A stretch of DNA of 64,000 nucleotides, taken from Balanoglossus misakiensis. Taxonomy: Eukaryota > Animalia > Hemichordata. The notes under the pieces are model-generated. The model saw nothing but the letters and a program-made list of their open reading frames with translations, had not been told where the DNA came from and searched no databases. Both the position numbers and the translations under genes were made by a program. The DNA lies in the NCBI GenBank assembly GCA_040954595.2, contig CM082598.2:7269097-7333096 (forward strand), in the 5' to 3' direction. Below, one piece after another: positions 24,709 to 38,879 of this stretch (positions are counted from its first letter, which is position 1; the number at the start of each line of letters is the position of its first letter).

Positions 24709-27659
24709 TTTCCACATCTTGCTGACAATAGATGTAGATGTATTTGAAATATGTGCTTTGATTGGATTATATGACATGGATTTATTTGAAGGGTGTGTTT
24801 GGATTAGATTATGTGACCATTGGATTTTGGATTTGTGTTCAAGAAGTGTTTGGAAATATTGAAGGGATCTGATGAAAAATTTTCAGGCAATTATTTTACC
24901 TTGGTCTGGAGTTTTAAAAAAAGGTGCGTGATTTTCATGTTGTTTGGGTATTGATACTATGTTCACTTCCAGTTCTATATTTGCAAATTGAGATATGTTT
25001 CAAATGTCCCGTATTCAGCTTATCATCTCTACCAGTATTTTCATTAATAACAATAAAATTTATGCCTTTATTGTTTGTGTAATTTGGATTATTAAGTCAA
25101 ATGAGGGACAGTTCTTAATGTACACCTTGTAATGAATCAATCAACAACATAATAGATAGGTGAATATTTTTCCTCTATTTTGATGTGAACTTTGCTCAAT
25201 CCTTTTTTTCATTTCAACAGGAGATGAGACTTCAAGATGTCTGCAAAGATTTCAATGAGAGTGTATCAAATAAACCGGAAAAGCTCAACCAGAAAAGTGT
25301 GTATGATGATAGCAGCTGATCACAGTCCCCAAGATATCCTTTGATGTCAATCTCTTGAAGTCACCTGTGCAAATTTAGCTGCAGTGACCAATTGGAGAGT
25401 TGACTTCTAGCAAATCACAGATTTTCAGTGGATGGCCACGGAAAAACAATGCCATTATACTGTCATTCAAAGCCACAGACTAAAACACACCATTTTACCA
25501 TATATGGACAAATGTAAATAAGGGGTGACTTTATTTCAGAACTTGGGCTTTTGAAAATGACACACAAAATGCTCGCATTTTTGGCAATATATGCCATTTT
25601 TTTGCATTATTTTCATGAGTTTACTTTCAAACTAGGAATGGTTCATATATATGACCTAACTGATGGGTATCTACAAAGCATATTATCAACCCCTGATTGT
25701 GGTTGTATATTTAGATAATTAACAGGTGCGGCACATGTTTATTCAGTTGTCTGATGCAAGAGTACACAACTATCACGGTATCTGCACATGGGTGTTAGAA
25801 ACTCCACGAATTCAAAATGGTATCACCTGTGAACTTCAGATTAGAAAAAAATTGAAATACAAAATGTATGTTGTTGAATGAAATACGTGTAAAAAGTGGC
25901 AGCTATTGGAGCTTTAAAAGGGATCTGACTTTACAAAGTTCTCTACTCCAAACACGTGTAACTTTGTTTCTACTTAATTTATTTCTCTTGGTACAGCCAA
26001 AATTACCACAGCTTGACAGCTGGAAAGCAAAATTCATCTCAACATGTAATTCCTTAATGAGATTAATGTACAAGAGTGTTGTGTCATTTCAAAACATACA
26101 TGTATTTCTGTTGTAAAAAGGATGCCTTGAAATCATGAACATGCCATTACAGAACTTTCAACCATTAGTCCTCAATTCTTACAAGAATATATTTCCTAAT
26201 TGACATTTACCGTGTACATTGTGTAAGTGCTTTGTTTTTCATTGAAATATTGATCAGGGATTTGTATAATTTGTGTTGCATAACACAGATTACAAGGTGG
26301 AGTTTTGATGAAACTAATATCCATTTGGGAAAAGCATGTTGGTGAAAATATCCCAGCTGTATTTTAGAGAATGTAAATCAGGGCAAAGTCTGTCAATTGT
26401 CTGTTTTATTTTTTGAAGTTATGGAAATTATGTAAAGAGCAATTTCAAACACAAGTGATTAAAAAAGGAGATTGTGATTACTTAAAGAGGATTAACAATT
26501 CTGGCTCATTTCATGTGTCGAGTTCAGAGTGGTAAAATCTCATGCAAAGCGTGTAATTTCTGAAGTTATTTGTAACACACACTGAAAGAACTTTGTCAAC
26601 TTGACTGAATTTCTGAGAAGATTCCTGTGATTTATACTATTGAACAAGCAAAAGGGTAGAACATATAGAGGCAGTTTTGTTTAAAATTGCGCAATGAGGA
26701 GGCTTCCCCTTTCGTGACCTTCAGTATGCAAATTAGTTCAGCCCCTGGGTTTCAAATTATGCCTTTAAGTATGTATCCGTATGTGCCTCAAATAGTGTTT
26801 GAAAAAATTATTCTCCAAATTTTTCAATTTGACATGTTAAAGTGTGTGAGGTTTATTTTTGGATACAAAGAAGAAGAAAATGATCACTATCTTATTTTCA
26901 TAAAGCAATGACAACTCTAATGGGACATGAGTCGTAACTTATTAATTTTCAAGTTCTGTGTTTCATCTGCAGAATCTTGTTTAACTAAATGTAGAGACTT
27001 GCTAGCAATATAGCTTCAGACTCATACTTGACTGCGTTGTGACACAGCGATTTAAATCTGACTTTTGACACATTATTTTTAAAATTTCTGTTTCACTTTT
27101 TATTTTCAGAGAATAACAAATGTATCATGGTTTGTACACTTCCAGAAAATACTTTGAAACACTGAAATCTATTCAATGGAAGAACCTCAATAAATGTCAT
27201 TTAAAAGCTCAACTACTCCTGTAAAACTACTGAAAAAACTCAGCAGTCCATTGAATTTTGGGTGACCTTTTCTATTTTTCAGTTGTATTTAGCTGACTTC
27301 AATTAGGATGTGTAATTGAATTAGATGTTATTTTTTAGTTGTTTCAATAACATAGATGTTGTATCATGACGTTTGCAGTGTTCTGACAATATATTATTGA
27401 AAACCTGGTTGCATGGGTAAGATAGTCTGGAGATCAATGCTGAGCTCTCTTTTCACTTGAATGAAAATGTCAGCTTTTTCGGAATCGGCCTACATTACAA
27501 TTATTTCTTATCACAAATTCCTGTGCTTGTCACATGTTTTATCGATAGTACTCGAAACAAGTGTCGGTCAAAAGTGCTCTGCTGATTTTAACAGTGTAAC
27601 ATGAGCAATGATATGAATACCCTAGGTTTTAATTCATAATAGTTGTATTCTATTGTACA

Positions 27660-28038
27660 AAACCAAACATAGATATTTTTCCAAATTCAGCTTGATTCAT
27701 TGTGCTGATCAAATCAAAATTAGCAAAATCAGGTAAGGGCACCATAACACACATTCCTACCAAATTTCAGCTCCATCGAATATGTAGTTAGGGAGAAGAA
27801 GATTTTTTACCAAAAAGTTTATTTTTAGATCTGATTTGCATATCCATGACCCCATCAAATCCAAATTAACAAAGTCAGGTAAGGGCACCATAACACACAT
27901 TCCAACCAAATTTCAGTTAAATATGCCAAGTTGTTTTAAAGAAGAAGATTGAAATACCAAAAGTTGACGAACGATGGAGGACACTTATCAACCTACTGCT
28001 ATAGCTCGGCTGACACAAGTTACAGCAGACCTAAAAAA
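27660..28038 (+). mobile_element. HINE-like element remnant with an internal ~145-bp duplication
   Basis: tcaggtaagggcaccataacacacattcc..ccaaatttcag occurs twice; terminal imperfect hairpin followed by an A-run. Confidence 0.5.
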
Positions 28039-31000
28039 ACTGTCTGAGGCATCGTCAGACTGGTTAAGGAGTCGTCATGATTTATGGCCTTCATCACGGA
28101 TACCACAACAGCCTTCCATTTCGTGACTCGCCAAGAAGAAATCAAAGACCGTTGATAACACATCAAAATGTGTTGCCCTACTCTCCTTCATTAGAAATTG
28201 CAACTTTGAAATTTCACATTGGATCAATGTCTTCTCTTCAGTAGTTGGGGCAATAAAATCAAAATTTCCGCAAACAGTGTTATCCCCCCCCCCTCTGCGG
28301 ACAGTGTTATCCTCCCCCTCTCCCTGGGGCATATTACAACCCCTGATGCCTAAAGGAATTTAAAATAAATAAATAAAGCGTTGGATCGATAAACTGTAAC
28401 GCGATATTGTCTGTACATTTCTTCTTTTTCATTTTAAATACAAATAAGGTGACCATCAATACAAGGTGGAAATTTGAGTTTGCAATGATGGAAGTGGTTT
28501 TGAAGATGTGTCATCAAGTGTGTCGCAGTCAGCCCGAACGCAGGTCAGCAATTTCACTGTAATTGCCAAGGTGTCTAGTCTGATGACGCCCTCAACGTTC
28601 TGTCATACACCCAACTGAAAGTGGCATGCGAAAGTCCCGCGCTTGTTTAATGCCAAGTTAACAAGCAAGGACGGCAGTTGAATGACTCAAATTGATAAAA
28701 TGGCCAAAATCAGATCTAAACTACACATCTGTGTGGTTTTTTGTTGGAAAAACATGTTTTCTTTGCAGAAAATAGCGACTTACAGAATGACCCTAAGAAC
28801 AACTAAAATCAAAACATGCCGTACTTCAGGGTTTTTACGGACTGCCGCACTTTTATTTAACAGTAATTTTTAAGTTTAGACATAATTTTAACTAAAATCG
28901 ATATATTGTGTAACAAAATTAAAACAAATCACGATGCAACCCCCTGAGGTCTTCCCTCAAGCGCTCCTTTTAAATTCAGCCCGGATGGTGACGCAACAGC
29001 CTCGGGGTAGCTCATAGCTGTGCACGTAGTTGGCCGGGTTGTATCGTCGACGTCGAAAATCAAATTTGCATTGTGTCGAAATTGGCTAGCACTTTCGCTG
29101 TGTTTTAGCGTATAAATCTTGTACTGCCCCTATCCCCCCGTATTGATCAGTTTGTGAGGAGTGAAAGGCTAAGTCACACGGGGGGGGGGGGGGGGGGGGG
29201 CTAGTTGAGGATTTCCCTCGTACCACCATAGACGGTCAGTCGGTGTTATGTGTAACAGAATACTGATCAAAAATTGCAAAAGCTTGTTATCAATAAACAC
29301 AACTTCAATCATTTCTGTACGTTTGACACTATTCTCAAGTCTTCAAAATATGAATCACTGTGGCAATCAAGATGTGCCGCGGACATACCTGCATGTACAC
29401 ACAGTCTTCGGACTGAGCGCGAAAAGTGGGCGTGTCCATTATCACTCATTAAGTATTCAAAAAGGCTGACTACGCTGTCGAGTGTCCGGAAAATTACGGT
29501 CGGAAACAGAAATTACAAGTCGCAGTGTCTCCAACACGAAAAAAATCCAGCAAGCTTAGCTTTTAACAAAGAACTGACATTAAGTTCCTTACTCGCTGTG
29601 ACAAATCCCAAAACCGACGTGATTTTTTTACAAAAATTAACTCAGAAAAAACATCAACACTTGAATTTACCAGCCCCGCACTGCAAATTGCATGGCGATG
29701 CCTATGGAACTGACCAAAATTTGACAGATCGTGGTTGCTAAAATGGTGCTGGTGCAATATTTCAGCAGATGCAGCAAGCAGCGAAACCTGCCGATTCCCA
29801 GACGACTTTCTCTGACCAATGAACCTCAATTGAATGACGAGAAACCACAATTTCTCAATGACTTTCAGTCTGTCGACTGATGACCCCAAAATGTTATGAC
29901 CTTTAGCATACGCCAACCAGTGGGTGTCATTTAGTGCACGTGATATGCTAAATAGCGTTACTATTTCTATAGCGCCATGGTAACGTAAACAACATGCGTC
30001 AATCTCCCGCCAAGAAAGGCAAGGCTTCACGCATTTGCTCAAAGTTTATTCGATACATCTAAGTTTGTTGTAAACAAATATCTGAATATTTATATATAAG
30101 GTCATGTCAGTTATGAGTATATCTACCCACCCATTGATCAATGATGCTGTCACCAAGCTTGAACGTCATGAAAGGGGCGTTGATATCTCTGTGTCAGAGA
30201 CTGATCCATGTGATTAGGGTACACACATGGGCTCCAGTGGGGTAATTCTGCATGTAATCGCGGTTCTTACGGAAGTCAGAGGAAGTAAATATGCGTGTTT
30301 GTTCCAGATGCGTCTCTTTTTTCGCTGTTGGGGTCTTATTTTGGCTGATTGTGGGATACATGACTGCAAGCACTTCCCTTGAAATTGGTGTTAAATTCAC
30401 AAAACCGTTGAAAAACGACATGGTGCATGCATCCACGCGAGGTATCTGTGTTCGATCGGTGTGATTACGAAATAACAACATGTATCGTAAGTATTTTGGG
30501 CACTGCGGACGGTCGTATCTGATAAATTATTGATTGAAGGCCCACAAACATTCATAACCAAAATATCGACAAACTACGTTTTACGCCTCACTTCAGGTGA
30601 CTGCATATTTTTTTAGAGGCTTAGCACTAGCTAAAATAGGTTCGTATGATAACAATAAAGTATCTATGACCCCAGAAATTCGAGTTTGAATAGTTTTCAC
30701 TCTTTGGATGAAAAGGCACAAAAAATCAAACAAATCACTGCATTTTCACCCAAAAACAGTGTGTGCCAGGAAGACCCTGTCAGAAAGTGTGGAATTTACG
30801 GGCAAGATGTTCTGGACGAAAAAATGAGCATAAGAGGTGATGAGTGATTAAAATAAACACTCTGCATGACATTTGCGTCTGGATTTTTTTTACTACGACA
30901 CGGCAAAATCACGGTATTTTGCTACAAAATCGCCAATTTAACAACAACAATTGGAGACGTCCCACAGTCTTTATTCAGTCGTTGATCATGATATACGATA

Positions 31001-32128
31001 GTTTCCAACAAAGTTCTAATGGAATAGAGTATATACCACGTTTTTTCTCGTCCATTGAAGCTTTGGATGAAAAGGCACAAAAAATCAAAGTTGGTATATG
31101 CCTTTGAAGGCTAAAATAGAAGGGGTCAAAGGTAACTCTTTTATTTTTATTTTTCGCAAATCTACCGAATTCATCTCTTTGATTCTCTTATTGCTTTATT
31201 TCAATAATTTTCACAAAGATAACGAAATCTGTCAAGTACTCTCAAAACATGGAAAAAAATTGGATTGAAATCTCTCCACGTACGCTGGGTTCTTGGCCGC
31301 CATAACAGAGGTCAATGAGTGCTGAAATTTCCCAGCATGCTTTGCGGTGTTTTGATAATGGGAATCGCGCTCAGTCCGAAGACTGACAGTGTCCGTAGCT
31401 CTGCATGGCAGCCGGGGCTTTGTGTGTACGTCTGCGGTAATAAGACACGCAGCCCCGCCAAGCAGAGCTAACAGTGCCCATAGCACCCGGCCGTAGCATC
31501 GACAATAATGCACTGAAAATTGACATTGCAAGGCGTAGAAATATACGTGTAGGAGCAGAGTCATGCACAGTTTTACAGTCAGATACGCTAATTTATTTAT
31601 TTTATTATAAAAAAAACTTCTAAAATATACAAGAAAGTATAGCTAAGTTTCATTATCACTGGACAAAACAAATCGCGTAGTCTACATTGTGTACACTGGG
31701 TGCCCCTGCACGATTCGTGGAAGTCGAGCCACGTCACGGGAAAGTGCATGGTTCACAAGAAAGTGCCACACTTTTTTGTAAAACTTGCTAAACTGTTCAA
31801 ATTTTGCCCAGCGTTAGACCTAACTCGCGATGTAAAAATTGTCGGGCAACCTTAAATTTTTCTTGAGATACAGATAGGTAAACTTGAAAAATGTCACAAC
31901 AAGTCACGTTCACTGGAAAATGAAGGGTTCACGAGAAAGTGCAACACTTTTATATAAAACGTTCGGAACACTTCAAATTTCACACAGCTTTAAACTGATA
32001 AATTACCTAACTTGCGGTGTGAAGATTATCATGCAACCTCCAATATTTTTGAGATACGGGCTGGTATACTTTCATTCTCGGTCGATCGTGGGAAACACGT
32101 CCACAGCCAAATCCCACCATGCTTAATA

Positions 32129-35100
32129 TGAATTGAATTGAATTGAATATGTTTATTCAGTATATATATGGCCGATTGGCCCTTTAAATACAAAATAGAA
32201 ATACAATAATATGTCATGCCATTAAAGCATTTACTCGTGTGTACCCTTGTAACAATTTATCTCTCTTTTGTAAAAACAAGGAGAATGTATTTACTCAATT
32301 GGTGTAATAAATATTTGTTATTTGTTGACATGAGTTTGTGAAACTTATATTCTACAGGAGGATTTAGGAAAAAGCTTGGGATAAATTTTTCCCGCAAATC
32401 TGTATAAGCTGGGCAGATAAAACACATGTGATACTCGTCTTCAATTGGCCATTATTACATATGAGACATGTTTTTTTCTGGTCTTGGGGGTTTTATCCTT
32501 TCCCATCTGACTGTTCTATACGCAAGATATGACTTGATAAACGAAAACGGGTCAGTGCTGCTCTAAAACCCCTGTGTTGAATAATACACAAATATTCCTC
32601 CATGTGTGGGCTAGATTTGAAACGACTATAAGTGAATAATTTCGGGATGGATTTAACATCGCACATGATAATTTGCATTTGTACATCCTTACATCTCTCT
32701 CTGAAAATTTTTAAAAAAATATTTTCATTTGTGACTCCCTGTTGCATCCACACTTCTGAAAAACCCATATTACATAACAGTTGTTTTACCTGTAGTGCCC
32801 AACAATGCATATTTTTTTCTGCTCTATCACATTGTACTTTATAACAAGTTGACAAGATACTACCTGGTCTAGTTTTGAGCAATTTTAGCCAGTATTTCAG
32901 TATTCTGATATGACGATAATACAAAAGACCAGGACGACCAGTCTCGGCCTTAATGGCACTCATTGGAGTATTTCTTTTCAAACATAAAATAGACCGCAGG
33001 AAATTATTTTCTACTTTTTCCACATCATGTGCATTATGGAATCCCCATATTTCCGATGCATAATTAAGAATAGGAAGAATCTTACAATCATAAATTTTAA
33101 GTGCATAATTAAGGGGGATGTCCCCTAAGTTTGCAAAGTGGCGCTTTAATGCGAACACAGCTTTACTGGCTTGAGTGGCCAGTGTTTTCTGAGCCATGTA
33201 CCACTCCCCACTACTAGACATTAATAAACCAAGGTATTTATAATAAGGTGCAGTATCAAGTTTTTCTCCATTCAAATACCATTTATAACAATTTTTAAGG
33301 ACTCCTCCTCGTCTAAAAACTACAATTTTGGATTTACCATGGTTCACTTTCAGTTGCCATTTTTTACAATACTCCGAAAGCTTATTTAGCAATCTCTGCA
33401 AACATATCATTGTGCAGCTCATCAAGACAAGATCGTCAGCAAAAAGTAGCAATATTAAATTAATTCCTGAGATATAAACACCAGAAGAATGCTCTGTTTT
33501 CAGTTCAGTTTCCATGTAATTTACAAAGAAACAAAACAGGAGTGGTGAAATTACAGAGCCTTGTTGTAGGCCACACTTACAATAGAAAAATTCTGTTATA
33601 CCATGAGGTGAACGGACACATGCTTGGACATTTGTGTACATGGACATTAAACAGCGGAAAAGCTTTCCCTTGAGACCAACTTTCATAAGTTTATAAAATA
33701 ACAAATAGTGTTGGATACGATCGAAGGCTTTTTCGAAGTCTATAAAAGCACAAAAAACTTTGCCTTTACGTTGTGATAGGTAGTAATTTACAATAGTATT
33801 TAGAATAAATATGTTGTCAATAGTACTTCTATTCTTTTTAAATGCTGATTGTACATCTGAGATTTCATGATACTGTTGAAACCACTTATCAAGTCTATTA
33901 CATACAATTGAACACTAAACTTTACCAAGTACAGGGAGAAGGTTAATCCCTCTGTATAGTTACCTGGATTTTCACGATCTCCTTTCTTATGTATGGGGAG
34001 ATCATCCCTTTTATCCAGTCTTTTGGAAATAAACCCTTAGAAAGAAGTAAATTAAAAAGCTTACACAAGATATTTGGAAATATTGGGGGTGCATTTTTAT
34101 AAATTTCTCCCACTATTCCATCGTAACCTGGTGCTTTATTATATTTTAATTTATTGATGCTAGAGGTGACCTCACCCATTGTAATGGGTTCGTCTAGTAT
34201 GCTACAGTCAATGTCTTGGTCATTATTGTCAAAATGGCCAATGTCTTCAACCAAGGATTTGGCTGCCTCGTGGAAATTGTCAAACTCTGTATCAGATACA
34301 ATGGTTGGGTTAAATAACTCAGAAAAGTAAGCAAACCAAGAAGCTCTGTCTATGTTTTTGGATGGGCCTGGTGAGAAGTCTTTAAACTTTGACCAGAACA
34401 TAAATGAGTTTTTATTTGCAGCATCGGTTAGGAGGGCCTCCAATGCATTTTGTTTGTAATCCTTCTTTTTGTGATTAATTAGCTTCTTGTAAGATTTCTT
34501 GGTATCGTAATAGATATTAAGATCCTCTAGACTACGAGATCTTCTAAAGTTGTTCAGCATTTTTTGGACCGTTCGTTTTGCTTGTTTGCAATCATAGTCA
34601 AACCAAGTTTTACTGCTTTTGTTATTATTTTTTATACAATGATTTCTGTGAAAATCAGAAGACACAGCATCAAAGATGTCATTCAGGCGAACTATAGCAG
34701 AGTCAGCGTCTCCACTGTCAATATGGTGTACAATATTTTCTATACAATCCCGTATTAAGTTTGAGTCCAAAAGATTGAGATATGACTGTAGTTTATGACT
34801 ATTCCAGTACGTTCTGCTAACGGTACTTACCAATATGTCAGAGTTTAACGTATCACCAACATTCTCATTGAGAATATTACTAAGACAATTTGGTAAAGTA
34901 AAAATCAGTGGCATATGGTCTGATTCTGTACGACTGCCAATTTTAAAATTAATTACAGAGGCAAAATCATCTTGATGTATAAGGAGGTAGTCTACAATAC
35001 TGCATCCTTTTTCGGTAATACATGTATAGAAATTACTTGGGTCGCCTTTTCGACCGTTCAAAATTCTAAAACCAGTAGAAATGCAAAATTGTAACAAACG

Positions 35101-35478
35101 CCTACCATAAGAGTTTACAATCTTATCAATACTTAGTCGAGGCGGTAACACACAATCACCTTCATAGTCATTTCCCACCGGAATATGGTGGTTGTCATCA
35201 TTCTCGATATAATCCGGTCTGTCACTTGTACGAGCATTTAGATCTCCACAAATTATAAATTTACAAGATGGGTACGCTTCTCTGAAATTTGCAAGTTCAT
35301 CCTCAAGGATATCAAATGTTAATTCATTTGAATGTATAGATTAGCCATGAGGAGATTTATAGACAACAGCAATAACGTAACCCCTAGTGCTATTCTCCGG
35401 TGGATTTAAGTGAATCCAAAGAATATTATCCGAAACACTGTCAAGTCTAGAGATTTCAAAAAGGTGGGATGTTTTTTA
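32129..35478 (-). mobile_element. 5'-truncated LINE (RTE-X-like) with frameshifted ORF2: APE endonuclease, RT and C-terminal Cys/His motif
   Basis: IICGDLNART, SIVDY, SDHMP (APE); KAPGYDG, FIDFEKAFD, QGSVISPLLF, LLFADD, YKYLG (RT); EDEYHMCFICPAY; AATAAA followed by an (ATTCA)n tail at 32129-32157; frameshifts near 33.9-34.0 kb and 32.5 kb. Confidence 0.92.
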
Positions 35479-37564
35479 TCAATAGTCTTGTCATTTCAAG
35501 GTAGAGATTCTCTAATCGGACAAAATCGCACGTGTTTTCGGAAGGTTAGCGCAACAACATAAATAAGCTACCATTTTGAAAATAGTCACGTGACTTTTTC
35601 CTATAAACCCCCTCATAGTTGGTTAGTTGCGTTAGGGCTGCAGTTATGTAACATTGACACAGAGGAAATGAGGGTGATAAAATCAAAGCTCCTGGTGTGT
35701 CTTCTTTACTTGTCTTGTTACTATGCGTAACTGTTTTGGAGCGAAGTCAAGATTGACATGGATAACTAGTATGCAAAAGAGTTGCAAAAATGGAGAGGTC
35801 AAATAAAGATAGATCATAGCTGCATATTGCCATGACGCACATTATAGTAAAGATGGACAGTCAGTAAAGATGTAGCCACGTTGGGCTGGTGCAGCTTGTG
35901 AGCTGTCTTGTGCGTCTTGCGATTTTCTAGGCATGTGTTCACGAGATAATATATCCTTCGAAAAACTTAGTTAAAGTAACTTGTGCTCAAGTGATAATGG
36001 CCACAAGATATTACATTTGAACTGACTGTCATTTTAATTTAAGATAGGGAATGACGCAGGGGTTACGTTTTCAAAAAATCCGGCTCATGAAATAGATTCT
36101 CTAAACTCACAACCAGTTTGACTCCCCTGTTTTCTGAATTGGTTCAAACCAGCCACATTCACAGTGCCCATCACATTTGATCTTGTGATGTGACCAACAT
36201 CTGTTCAAAGTTAAATATGGCAACAGACTACACTGATGAGTTAAAAACTGTAAGAAAAAGACTTTCTTTGCCTATATGTTGATATCTCATTCTCTTCGAG
36301 ATGTTGTAAATGGAGATGTTTTGTGTCTAATTTCCTCAAAATAAGTGCATTCTTTAGGTTGAAAATGAGCGGTAAATTGTCTCTCATTGAGGACCTGCAG
36401 TTTGCAAGTTTCCATGGTGTCATTTGACAGGTGTAGACATTATCCTAGTCTGGAGGCTGCAGAGTATCTTTCCCCTTATCAATCATTGATATGATCTTGT
36501 GTTACTGATTGAATGCCAGAGAGTTTAGTTTTAATATGTACATTTTTATTTGGGTGGTGATGGCAAGGCTAGAAATATCAGAGGTCTCTACTGCTAAGGG
36601 AGATTACAAGTTGGTCATAATATACATCAGGGTCACAAACACTTAGCTTATATAATAGTTCAATTGATTTAGTATAAATCTCAACATTGTCCAATGTTTT
36701 TGATACAGTTGACATTTTAATTTCCAGCTGTTTCAATTATTCATATCAAGAGCCACTGCCTCTTTAATTGATATCCATTATTTCATATCTTTGCCAATCA
36801 CACTTGGATGAATATACTGATTTACATGTCAAAATGTTGAAAATTCAATTTCACGAAATCAGAAGGGGTTATCTGTTGCTTTTCAGGAAATGTGTTGATG
36901 GTGTTATTTCTTCACACACTGGGCCCTTCGAACATTCAAAATGCTGACCGAGGAAACATTTGTCTTGTTAACAGAATAACAATTTACGCATTTCACATTA
37001 TTTAATACAGTTGACCATGCAAGTTTCCCTTTATTTATTTATTACAAAACAATTAGATAGAACACAACATACATATATATAAGTTAGAAACCTTTACAGC
37101 AAGTCAACCATACAACTGCAACATAGAGCAAATTTCTGAACGGGTTACTGGTTTTCATTTCACCAAGGTATATTTTAGATTAACATATGTTCTTTAACAG
37201 CACATGCTCTCTGATATACTATAGAATCCTAATATTGAAAAAATAAGTATTTATTGAGATGAGATATTTCATGCTGCCAATGTGAGAACTTTTGTAATTT
37301 TAATGAAAAGTTACAAAATACATCACAACGAGTATTTAATTGCCAAATTGCTCCATAGGTATATCCAATAGGTTTGTCACATCACAATATTTAGATTTCA
37401 GGTCTGTTCAAACTCATTAATTTCTTGCACATTTCATCATCATGATAATACAGTTTAAGTGGCAATAAAGTTTAAGTTACAATCCACAATTAGACTTACA
37501 AAATGAACACAAAAGAAAATTGCCCATGAATTATCAGTTTAAACATGAATAAAAAATGGTGCTA

Positions 37565-37926
37565 TTAAGGTTGTACGTTCAATAAAATTAAAAGTATTGT
37601 CATTTTTTTAATTGTCGATGTTTGGGTTCTCATTTGTATTTATAATGAAAATCTGAAATAAAATAAAGGGGTCACCGTGCTTATTTATGAAATACAGAGC
37701 CATGAATATAGTCGATATTAGAAGAAAAATGCTGACTCAACATTTTCCCCCAATGGTTTGTCTATGGGCCAAATTTTTAATGCAATTTATCTCGAAGAAG
37801 AGCGCGGTGACCCCTATATTTTATTTGACTATTAAATTTGTTTTCTAGCAGTTATCAATGTAATCCTGTGGGGAAAAGATGGGTGCGCGCAGTTTACCAG
37901 TTTATGTTCTGCGCGTACATCCTTAA
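37565..37926. mobile_element. Kolobok-like non-autonomous element
   Basis: ttaa|ggttgtacg..cgtacatcc|ttaa; internal inverted repeat ggggtcaccg/cggtgacccc. Confidence 0.7.
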
Positions 37927-38879
37927 ATGAACTTGTATGGAAGATGTGTTTGAATTCTATGAATTCACAGTTTTTGATATAAGAATCCCAATGTCATAAA
38001 CTACACCATTATTATCAAACTTTCAATAAACATTTCTGAACTGTTTTAATTACTTTTCTGTTGGCAGATACATGTATACTCTAAAACGAATGTTAGAAAC
38101 AGTAAGCATAAGTAGATAAATGATGTTCTAATGAAGTAAATTAGCAAAACTTTACTATATAAAACACAATACCTGATATGAAAATATATTTCTGTCAGTA
38201 TACAGCTGCCTTAACTATTGAAAACCACTGGCTTCTTTCCATATTGCTTGATTATTAACATTTCATGACAGAGATGGCCACATTAAAACAGAAATGAAGT
38301 AATGAAACTCTGAAATTTTTTTACTGTTTGAAAGACTCATAAACAGAGAGTTCAAATGAGGGGTAAATTCAGTATGTTCTAAAATAATTCAATACAAACA
38401 AAGTTGTCTTATTCATGACAGCTGTCCCTGACACAGGTTTACACGTGGCCAATACAGGCACTTGTTAACACCTCTGTTTGGCGCTCTTCTATTCACCATA
38501 CAAGTTTACCTTCACACTGAAACACTAGGGATTGACCAATATGTTAACATATTTTAGGAAAGAATGTGATTAAAGCAAAGTAGGGCTGCTTTTACATGAA
38601 GAACATCCCAAACAAAAGGATCAGATTAGAGTGAATAATCCAACCGGGCCAGTTGCTGTGTGGGGATAAATGTGATAGATGGTATGTGAGGTGAATTTAC
38701 AAGCTTGATAATTCACACATTTAGTTCTTTAAAACAAAATAACATGATTGAAACTATTTTGGGATAATTGCATACCAATAAAATGTGTGCAATACTACTA
38801 AACTATTAGTCTTTGTTGTACTTGGACAGATTGTGGTATTTCTGTCATTGTTTGACCAAAACAAAGCAGAACAAAATGA

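Noticed and set aside
29274-30042. 155- and 159-aa overlapping ORFs as a transposase or gene
   Set aside because: No recognisable motif, non-ATG starts and no convincing exon structure.
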